From NCBI GenBank assembly GCA_951406725.2, contig OX597827.1, positions 24,924,001 to 24,988,000 on the forward strand: 64,000 nt of DNA. Direction: 5' to 3'. The notes beneath the pieces were generated by a model that worked only from the letters and a program-made list of their open reading frames with translations, had not been told where the DNA came from and made no database searches. Origin of the DNA: Octopus vulgaris (taxonomy: Eukaryota). Below, piece after piece: positions 51,989 to 64,000 of the stretch (position 1 is the first letter of the stretch; each line of letters starts with the position of its first letter). The translations under genes and the position numbers were made by a program.

Positions 51989-52130
51989 CGACGGGCTTCT
52001 TTCAGTTTCCGTCTACTAGATCCACTCACAAGGCTTTGGTCGGCTCGAGGCTATAGTACAAGACACTTGCCTAAGGTACCACGTAGTGGGACTGAACCCG
52101 GAACCTTACCACACAGCCATTCCTACTCCT
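51720..52130 (-). mobile_element. SINE S2 with internal (CA)n(TA)n
   Basis: Colinear with 44815-45262. Confidence 0.88.
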
Positions 52131-52857
52131 ATGCTTACCACACAACCACTCCTAATTTTGGCACTTGGCCAGCAACTACGGCGGAGGGGTAAGTCGATTC
52201 TATCGACCTCAATGCTCAGCTGGTACTTATTTCATCGACCATGAAAGGATGAAAGATAAAGTTGACTGTGGCGGAAAAAAAAAAAACAATGGCTTTTTAT
52301 TTGGGCAAAAAAACAACAGTTTTGGGGCGAAGAAAGGAGTCAATGGCATCAACTCGAGGACTTGATCGTAGGATTTGAACGCAGAGAGGAAAAACCTGTA
52401 CGAAAGTCCGCAAAGTGTTTTGTCTGACGCCTTTATGTTCCTTCCAGCTGGTGGCACATCCTAACAACAACGACGACGACGATGACAACAATAACAACAA
52501 CAGCAATAACAACAAGAGCAATAACTACAACAATGTTTGTTGTAGTTATTGTAGTTACTGAAGGGCGTAGCAAATCTGTAGGTGACAAGTTTGTGTACAT
52601 CAAAACTCATTTTTTTCATCCGGTTTTTAATTTCATTGGAAAATATTTATTGATAAAAAAACAACCTCCAGCCTGACAAAGGACACAAAATAAGAGAAGT
52701 GAAAGGAAAACATTCAAGTGTTTAAATGTTCAGTAAGAAAGCAAAAGTCCTATTGTGTGGAAATCATCAGAGCGAAAAATTAATATACCTCCTTAAGCTA
52801 TATACATGTGGGTGTATACATTATATACATACATACACACATACACATATATATACG

Positions 52858-52922
<65 letters not shown>

Positions 52923-53082
52923 ATGTATATATATATATATATATTGATAGATAGATATGTACATATATATACATGTGTGTGTGTAGGTATGGGGGGGTGT
53001 ACAAAATAATGTAAATAGTTAAATAGAAATTACTTAATAAAAACTCGGTTCATCAATGTCTACTATATAAATAAAAAAACTG

Positions 53083-53365
53083 CGAAGACGCGTGGCTTAG
53101 TGGTTAAAGTAATCGGCTCACGATCGTGGGTATGTGAGTTCGATTCCTTGCCTAGCGTTGTGTCCTTGAGCAAGGCATTTTATTTTTCGTTGCTTCAGTT
53201 CACTCAGCTTAGTTGTACCTGTAATTCAAAGGGGACCAGCTTTGTCACACTCTGTGTCACGCTGAATCTCCCTAAGAATTATGTTAGAGGTACGCGTGTC
53301 TGTGGAGTACTCAGCCACTTGCACGTTAGTTTCATGAGTAGGCTGTTTCGTTGATCGGAACGTCG
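53083..53365 (+). mobile_element. SINE S3
   Basis: GCGTGGCTTAGTGGTT...GAGTTCGATTCC...GTGTCCTTGAGCAAGGCA. Confidence 0.82.
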
Positions 53366-54299
53366 CCGTGCTAGTTAAATACATCGATGGCAGAAGGAAG
53401 TTAATTGCTGATCCAAAATTCGATTATATTGAGGTGTGACTGTGTGGTCCTATCTAAGTGGTCTATTTCCTTTCTGTGCTCTCTGAATCAATTTGAATAA
53501 CATCAGCCATTAGCATCCTGGAATTTTGCCAAAAAATGGGGAAAATTGTGTGTACGAAACGATCGACATAAACAACCCAGATATTCCTGGGTGTTAACTG
53601 CCATGTACAATAACAAAACGACCGAGAGAATTCCGTGGTGTGTCTGCCCAAATGATCACAGAACCACCACCAGGATTCACGGTTAGGTCTCCAGACATAA
53701 ATCTGCACAGAAGTGAGAAAAAGAGAGAATGATGATTCATAAGAGATGGCGTTGTGTTATTGAACTATTGATAGTCTCTGATTGCTTAGACCCCATATTT
53801 TCCGATTATCAAACTTGATCGGGGACAGGAAGTCTTCCAATGGTATATAACGTAAAAGAGCTGAAGACGAACTGTTTAGAAAAGAGGTAGAGCAGACCTG
53901 CTATTACTTATGATGCCGTTTTTCGATAGTTTTTAGGTACAATTTGTTTCACTATGCTGTTGTCCTTCTTTGTGTGTGCTTTGCTTTCTGTCCAGTATTA
54001 TGCTTGGAAAAGCTGGTTTTCCAACATGACGTTAGAGACTGTGTCTCTTTAAGCATTAAGCAAGCCAACAGATTTAGTGACTGAGGCTTCAGCCATCTGT
54101 ACTCTAACGATTTGATGCATTTAGAAATCAGATAAGTAAAACCATTTTTATGTATTTAAATATTAATATACGCAAAAGGTAAAAGAAAAACGGTGACCAA
54201 TATTACGAATACAAGGCATACACGACCCATATTAACGCATAAATGAGTTTTGAAGGCGTCATATTGCTAACAGAAAAAATAGTTATTTTGTACAACCAG

Positions 54300-54600
54300 T
54301 GTATATACCATCTTCCATACTTGCATGGGTAGGACGGTTGACAAGAGCCAGCCAGGTAGAAAAACTATCCTAGGCTACTGTGTTTGCTTTGGCAGGGATT
54401 TAATGGTTGGATGCTCTCCCTAATATCAACCGCTCCGCAGAGTGGACTCAGTGCCTTTTACGTGGCACCAGCACAGGCGAAGTAAAATTTGGCATGGTTT
54501 TTACAGCTGGATGCCTTTCCAAATGCCAACTACGTTATAGTGTGGACTGGATGCTTTTAACGTGGCACCAAACACTGGCAGGGTAACCAAGTAACTCACA
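54300..54600 (-). mobile_element. SINE-like repeat with two tandem V-domain-like units
   Basis: Reverse complement GTTGGCATTTGGAAAGGCATCCAGCTGTAAAA resembles the V-SINE domain. The unit repeats at about 130-bp spacing. Confidence 0.45.
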
Positions 54601-54920
54601 AGACAAGGAATTATGAGTGGAGCAGGGCATTTGAGGTGGAGCGGGAATTTGTGTCAGACGAGATGCTAGATTGTGACAAAGATGGACATTGGTCTTTTGG
54701 TTGCTTGGTTGGTTGGTTGGTTCCCCGTATATAGGAACAAGTTTTGAGTGGTAGTGGGTTTCGTGACGTCACTTTATATTGATAAAGAAGCTGCTTTTGT
54801 ATTGGTCAAGATCTGTTGAAAGAGACTACCGGGAAGAGAAAGTCCTCATTAAAGAATGCTAAGTATATATGGTCAATGTATGTAGGATATGAGGTGTTTA
54901 GGTCGTGTGATGTTCATGAT

Positions 54921-55100
54921 TAGAGAGAGAGAGAGAAAGAAAGACAGAGAGGAGTGGGAAGGGAGAGATGGAGGGAGAGAGAGAAAGAAAGAAAGAAAGA
55001 GAGGAGTGGGAAGGAAGAGAGATGGAGGGAGAGAGAGAGAAAGAAAGAAAGGAGTGGGAAGGGAGAGAGATGAAGGGAGAGAGAGATAGAGATAGAGAGG
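54921..55100. repeat. Polypurine minisatellite (about 50-bp period, three copies)
   Basis: GGAGTGGGAAGG.AGAGA..TG.AGGGAGAGAGAGA is repeated three times. Confidence 0.85.
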
Positions 55101-55264
55101 AATGTTTCCATAACTCATATTGTGGGATTCCAGATTTCTCCTGTATTTATAAGATTTCATTCCATCCTAATTTCAGGCTCCCTAATAACTCCGATTGTAA
55201 TGACCCGATCTTAGTTAGGTTTAGGGTTACGAACACTTTGAAATTTAAGAAGGCCTATGTGTAT

Positions 55265-55998
55265 TAGTGTTCCCCCAAGACGCAATTCGCTTTGCCAGAA
55301 ATTTAGAAATGGCATGCTGTCCTGCTTGGCTTTCGCGCCAGGAGCTCCAATACACACATTTCAGAGTGATTGGGTGTTAATCTGAGGATCGAGCAATCTG
55401 AAGACATTTAACAAGAGTGATAAAGATCAAACATTCAGTCAACATCATGGTGTTTGGAGTGATCGCTAGTGATAGTGATGTTATGCCTCCATTCATCTTC
55501 CCATACAGATGCCTACATCAAGTGCCGGGAGAGGTAGTGTTGCCCTGGGTCAAGAGGGTGACTGCTGGAAGACCTTATGTCTGGCTACAGGACTCTGCAC
55601 CACACCACGAAAGCAAGAGAACCTAGTCACAGCTGTCAGATAATTTCTGCGACCACATCACCCCTAACATATGGCCACCCAACTCCCCAGACTGTAATTC
55701 CTTTGATTATGATGTGTGGAGTGCAATTGAGCGAGAGACCAACAAAACTCCTTGTAACACCAAAGATGAACTGAAGGCAAGGATTATGACAACATTCACC
55801 AACTTAAACAAGGAGACCGCCCAGAAGAGTTGTAAGAGATTCCAGAGTTGTCTGGAAGTCATGGTTGGAGCCATGAATAAATTTACTCTTTAGTATTTCA
55901 AGATATTTTTGTGCAATTTTGGCAAATATATCTGTTAAAATGAGATGTCAGTGTTATTTTCGTTTTTGCATAATTTAGACGACAGTTTATTTGCCGCA
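55265..55998 (+). mobile_element. Tc1/mariner-superfamily (maT/DD37D-like) transposase relic with internal deletions
   Basis: KHSVNIMVFGVIASD..VMPPFIF, YVWLQDSAPHH, WPPNSPDCNSFDYDVW. Confidence 0.75.
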
Positions 55999-56004
55999 CT
56001 CGAT

Positions 56005-56044
<40 letters not shown>

Positions 56045-56048
<4 letters not shown>

Positions 56049-56388
56049 TTGTGTCAGTCATTAGTCTGCAGCTGCGCTATGGCACCCCGCTGGAAGAATC
56101 TACCCCAGTACATATTTTTAAAGCATGATAGTATTCTATCAACCGAATCGTTCAGTTATGTAAACACACCAACACCGGTTGTCAAACGATCATAAGGAAC
56201 AAATACAGACACAAAGACACACATACACACGCGCATATACGACGAGCTTCTTTCAGTTTCCATCTACCAAATCCACTCACAAGGCTTTGGTCGGGCTGAG
56301 GCTGTAGTCGAAGACACTTACCCAAGGTGTCATGCAGCGGAACCATGTGGTTGGGATGTAAACCTCTTACCACGCAGCCACGCCTGTG
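56045..56388 (-). mobile_element. SINE S2, degraded
   Basis: Colinear with the other S2 copies. Confidence 0.78.
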
Positions 56389-56705
56389 CTTAATATACAT
56401 ACATACATACATATGCATATGCTTACATACACACGCACATGCTTACGCACCCACACATACACACACGCACACACATATACACATCTCCTTTATCGGATCG
56501 TATCAGAATAAACTGTCATTAGATTTTCCGGCTGGATTCCGAAGAGTCACCAAATGAGACTATGGATATTAACCGCACATCTCGCCTTGGTTATCCTTAG
56601 GCTTCCCGACCCATTTGGTTTGTTTCAAAGAATCCGTTTTGCGATTCTTTCCTGTGACAAGCTAATCACATTTCTGTAGTAACGGAACCGCAACCTATGA
56701 GTGCA

Positions 56706-56737
56706 GAATCAGGGTTCGATTCCGGAGAGGGAGCATG
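56706..56737 (+). rRNA. 32-nt fragment of 18S rRNA (not a gene)
   Basis: GAATCAGGGTTCGATTCCGGAGAGGGAGCATG matches the conserved eukaryotic SSU segment that normally continues AGAAACGGCTACCAC. Confidence 0.75.
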
Positions 56738-57234
56738 CGGGGGTGGGTGCTGGTGCCAGTCGAGCTAGTGGACCGGGTTCGGCAGCGACGCGCACGGCGG
56801 TGATAGAGGCAGAAAAGCGGCTGTTGTACCAAGCGCGCACTTCGAAGGCCCTGCGACAGATTGCGGCCAAACTGCGGTCAACGAGCGTGCGATCGGCGGT
56901 GGCCGCGACAACGCGCAACAGCAGCGGTGGTGACGACGCTGCTGCGATCCCGGGATAAGAGCGGGCAATGCCGCCGAGCAACTGCCGAGGACGAGGATTC
57001 TCGTCGCGGCGGCAATGTAGCGACACCCGGAATTGAAGCGTCGGTTTTGTCCGGGGCGGGACAGACGGTGCCGTTCTTTTTCGGTGACACCACGTCGTCT
57101 GTGGCGGATCGGGAAACGGCTATTAGCCCGTCCACCGCGCCGCTGGCGAAGCGACACGAGGTCAGTGGTGTAACCTCTCAGTGCGGAGAAGTAGTGTCTC
57201 GTTCTGGAATGACATTTTGGCTTCCAGGCTACAA

Positions 57235-57560
57235 ACCTTCAAGCTACGTCGTTCATGACCATAAATCACAAAGACGAAATTGAAAATAGCAAGTCTGGCT
57301 CTTTTACAAACCTCCCCTCTTCTGAGGACCGAATGCTGGAGCTGGTGCATCACTGTGCCTGCGCCTACAAGTTTAGTGTTTAAGCCGTCCTCCTGAAACC
57401 CATCACTCCTGAATACGATCTCAAGATCCTTAAACTTCTCTACTTGTTCAAGTGATGTTCCACTAACATGTAGAGGGCAAAGGCACAAGTTTCTTGAGAG
57501 GACCAATGTCTCAGTCTTTGCAGCACTAATCCTCATCCCAGAGTATCTATGTAACAAAAT
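57235..57560 (-). mobile_element. RTE-like LINE RT C-terminal fragment
   Basis: GMRISAAKTETLVLSRN...LHVSGTSLEQVEKFKDLEIVFRSDG. Confidence 0.7.
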
Positions 57561-58384
57561 CCGTAAAGCATTTGGTCCGGTGCCCTAACTATTCTGTTAG
57601 TTTAATGCCTTAATAATTCTTTCTACAATAGGCACAAGGCCTGAAACTTAAGGGGAGTGAGATAGTCGATTACATCAACCCCAGTACTCAAATGGAACTT
57701 GTTTTATCGACCCCGAAAGGATTAAAGGCCACAGGCGTTTTGTCTGACGCTCTTTTCTGCCTGTTAACTGCACATAACAATTACAAATGCAATGTTTTGT
57801 ATTGACAAAAGACGTTATCTAAATAAATAAACAGCGTAACGAATCTGTATGTGATAATTATGAGTAAACAGAAACAACCTTTTTATCTTGTTTTGATTTC
57901 ACTGGGACATTTTAATTGACAACAAACAGCCACCAACCTACCATAGCATACGAGATAAAAAGAAAATAAACGAAAGAATTGAATGTTTAAATGTTCAATA
58001 AAAACCAAACGTCATACCATTATGTCGAATCAGTGGAGCAAAAAATCACGAGTCAATATTTACATGTGGGTATGTGTGTGTTATGTATATCTACGTAGAA
58101 AAAAATAAATGCACCCTTTTAAAGCTTAACCAGGCTCATGGGCCCGGTTTCCCGGTTTCTATGGCGTATGTGTTCCCCAGCTGGACGGGACGCCAGCTGG
58201 ACGGGACACAATCTTATGATCATGATGCTGACACCCTAACCACTAAACCACGCGCCTCCATTATATACGTAGATGGGACAGAGAAAATAATGGATCCATT
58301 TAAATGGAAGTTTTAGTATTCAATATGGGGTTAGTCGAAAGTTGGCATCAATGACAATGCATGGTTGTTAGAGGGAATTTTGGG

Positions 58385-58760
58385 TCATTCTTCAAGTAAA
58401 GACTGCTTCAGCTCTTTCAGCAACGATGGCAGAAGAAAGCAGTTCCTTACTTGCTGATCCAAAATGCACCAAAAATTTTCGATTATATTGAAAACTTGTA
58501 ATTCTTTAGGCCAGTCCAAGTGGTATGCTTCACTGTTATGCTCCATGAACCAATTCTGAATCGGTGCATCATCATCATCCTGTGAGATTGCACTTACAAC
58601 GGAGAACCATGTTTGTACAAAACATTGCACATGGTCAGCCAAAATAGCCAAATAATCCTTGGCGTTAACTCTATCATGCTGGACGGCAAAAGTGCGAATG
58701 ACCACAGAGCCACATTCATGATTCACTGTAGGGTTTCCAGGGATAAACTTGCTCCAAAGT
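58385..58760 (-). mobile_element. Tc1-like (DD34E) transposase relic
   Basis: VNAKDYLAILADHV...QDDDDAP...HLDWPKELQVFNIIENFW, a degenerate WPxxSPDLNxIENxW motif. Confidence 0.65.
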
Positions 58761-58879
58761 GAAAAACAACGGGAAGGAGGACTCATCAGGGAAGATGACG
58801 ATGATTGCTTATAATTGCATAGACACCATTTTCCCCGGCTTATCAGAGTTGATGGATGATATGAAAGGTGTATCAATCA

Positions 58880-59625
58880 TTTCTTATCTACTCAACGCAA
58901 AAGGCCACAAATTTTGGGGGAGTGTGTGTGTGGGGGGGGGGGGACAGTCGATTAGATGGACTCCAGTAAGCAACTACTAGTTAATTTATGGACCCCAAAA
59001 TGATAAAAGGCAAAGCCACCTCGTCGGAATATGATCTCAGAACGTAAAGGCAGACGAAATACCGCTGAGCATTCCGCCCGGTGTGCTAACGATTCTGCTA
59101 GCTCGCTGCCTTAAATAATCTTTTCTACTCTAGACACAAGGCCCAAAATTTTTGGAGAGGGGGCCAGTCGATTAGATCGACCTCAGTACGCAACTGGTAC
59201 TAACGTTTCTTATTTCTTTATTGCTCACAGGGGGCTCAACAGAGGGGACAAACAAGGACAGACAAAGGGATTAAATCGAGTACATCGACTCCAGTGTGTA
59301 ACTGGTACCTAATTTATCGACTCCGTAAGGATGAAAGGCAAAGTCGACCTCGGCGGAAATTGAACTTAGAACGTAGCGGCAGATGAAATACCTATTTCTT
59401 TACTACCCACAAGGGGCTAAACACAGAGAGGACAAACAAAGACATACAAACGGATTAAGTCGATTACATCGACTCCAGTGCGTAACTGGTACTTATTTAA
59501 TCAACCCCAAAAGGATGAAAGGCAAAGTCGACCTCGGCGGAATTTGAACTCAGAACGTTATGACAGACGAAATACTTCCAAGCATTTCGTCCGGCGTGCT
59601 AACGTTTCTGCCAGCTCGCCGCCTT
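58880..59625 (-). mobile_element. Tandem array of four S1 SINE units
   Basis: AAAGGCAAAG bodies recur at about 59006, 59334 and 59518, with a tail-only unit at about 59115-59200. Confidence 0.88.
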
Positions 59626-60074
59626 GAAAGGAGTATCACTTATAACCCCTTTATGGTATCCAACTTTAAGGAGCTGAAGACGAACAGTTTTGATTGCCAG
59701 AAGTTTGACAAGTTGGTGGTTTAGTTCTGCTCTCGCTTACGAGGCCATAATTCGATAGATTCTAGGCACAATACGTTTCACTATCCAGCTGTATATGTGT
59801 GTGCTTTACTTTCTGTCCTATATCATGATTGCCAGAGATTCTGTTCCTCATCTTTGGAATTTCAACATGATTTGAGAGACTGTGCCACGCGAAACATTAA
59901 AAAAACTCGGGCAGTTTTAGTGAGTGAAACCCTCTCCATCTGTACCCTGACAATTTGTTCTGTTTAGAAAAGAGATAGGTCATGCATTTGAATATATTTA
60001 AATATGTCTGCAATAAACAAAAGGAAAACGGAGATCTATTTCTTGAAGTGCGAAGCATATGTAATAAATATGAA

Positions 60075-60127
<53 letters not shown>

Positions 60128-60225
60128 GCACACACACACACACACATACACACAGTCATATAGACTAGAACAGTTTTGAATTTCTCAAAGTGATGTTTCC
60201 AAAATTTTGTGTATCTCCTCTCTGT

Positions 60226-60293
<68 letters not shown>

Positions 60294-60379
60294 AGTGTGT
60301 ATCTATACTATGGGTATGTATATGTGTATATATACATACACTCACACGCGTGCGCACTCACTCATTCTCTCTCTCTCTC

Positions 60380-62440
<2,061 letters not shown>

Positions 62441-64000
62441 AAGGAGCCTTGGGTCTAGGTTAGAAACCGGCTCTTTCTCTAATGTGAAGAAATCTTGAAA
62501 TAAAACTGAACAATTGCACACATACATACACACACACACACACACACATACATACATACATACACACATACATACATAATACATACATACATACACACAC
62601 ACATACATATATTTCAGTGCCCAGTGTGCATTTTATTGATGCCTTTCTACCAATATTCTTTCATATTTTGAAGCATTATAGCCTTCACCTCGTTGTATTT
62701 CCTTATATTTATTGTCCTCAAGTTTGTGTTTTCTCGGATTGCATTCCACAATATTCTTGCTATGATATCATATCTCATTAATAGAAAATACGAAGATGAT
62801 ATTTTCAGAAATCTACTAATGATGTAAGCTATATTAAATCCCTGAGCGAGATGTCAACAGTGGCAATACGGAATCGTAGCATATAATTGCCAACCAAATG
62901 TGATTTCCTATACAGGACAGTGATACTGACGTTTATACCCCAGTAAGACATCTCTTCTAGCTGGCTAACAACACACATTCTGTGTCCAATTAGTATTTGC
63001 GAGGTGAGGTCATCGCTCCGATCCCTAGTCTTACGTGATACACATGGACTCGAGTTTCTGGGTGGTTACCCGTCCTCAGCGTTTGTTAATTACCAGCTAG
63101 TGATGAAAACTCACCCCATTCGCAAAATACTTTATGCTTTTTCCTACGACGAACCGTCGCTGATCTCGAATAAGGAGAAATAAGCTATATTAAATCTCTG
63201 AGCGAAATATAAACAGTAGCAATACGGAACCATAACATATAGTTGATATCTTTATTACTATTTCTACTGAGTCTACACCGGTTGTTGTCTCTAGGTTGTT
63301 TATTTGCATCGCGATCCTTTTTGTACATCAGGAATTTTTGTCATCATCTCTCTCTCCTCTACCGCAAAGGCTTACCAAAAGCTAATATCTCGGTTGCCTT
63401 GATCAAGGATTCACTATTCTGGTTATCAATGTTGCTATCAGTTCGAAGCCTTCTGGGAATAATATTTATGCATGACTTTTTCGTTATATGCATACAGATT
63501 GCCTTTCCTATACCCTATAGTACATCAGTTCAAGAATACTTCCCGAGGAGCTCCTTTCAAATGTACTCATGATTTTATCAACCTCCCTGGATAGATCTTC
63601 AGCATCTGGTGGTTAGTAAATGTTATTAAAAGGATATGATATGGCATTTGTTGGCAGTTGGAAACGGATGTTGAGCTTCGACTACGTAAACTTAATTTTA
63701 GGCAATGGCGACCTATGTTACTGTTCATGTGTGCATTTCTGGTGCGGAAGAGAGCTTTGTGTTTTACTAACGATATCTGAATCTCATCTAGCGTCCAGCT
63801 GAGTAACTCTGTCATCTACTATTGTATCAAACCATTGCTTATGTTACTCTAGAGGTTTGTCAGAAGAGCCCCTTTTCGGCCGCCTGCACCCGCGGTCTTA
63901 TTACACTTTTGGTAATTACCCAACATTCATGACTACAGGTTAGGAGAGGCACGAAAATGGAAATGAAGATAAGGAATTTGGATTTTTTTTCTACCAGCCT

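Noticed and set aside
53868-53885. CTGAAGACGAA (also near 59674) as a hammerhead core
   Set aside because: There is no stem II and no closing stems.
56701-57283. Overlapping GC-rich ORFs as a host gene
   Set aside because: There is no recognisable domain, and open frames are expected by chance at this GC content.

Overview
Repeat-dense, AT-rich animal genomic DNA. The SINE families, microsatellite load and element spectrum point to an octopus; this is an inference, as no search was run. One host-gene piece is recognisable: the first coding exon (31359-31925, +) of a divergent Shaw/Kv3-like K+ channel with a T1 domain, followed by an intron that appears to run past the window end. The rest is transposon-derived. 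There is a 3'-truncated L1/Tx1 LINE (about 5.8-10.3 kb) plus other Tx1/L1 pieces, and at least six R4/Dong-type LINE copies, mostly inside (AAT)n tracts. DNA transposons include a 2.2-kb palindromic mariner and pogo/Tigger, Tc1, maT and hAT relics. A decayed Gypsy element, three tRNA-derived SINE families (S1-S3, about 30 copies) and Penelope-like hairpins with degenerate hammerhead-ribozyme motifs are also present. The best leads are four. (1) SINE S1 has a 3' tail resembling the Tx1 3' end and repeatedly abuts GGTAY inside other SINEs, suggesting a self-targeting SINE/Tx1 pair. (2) The fold-back mariner has a centre that is a mosaic of both strands. (3) An (AAT)n-seeded stack of Dong elements includes a non-coding passenger element. 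(4) An 18S rRNA snippet is fused to a CpG-rich block. All boundaries were read by eye and are approximate unless stated.
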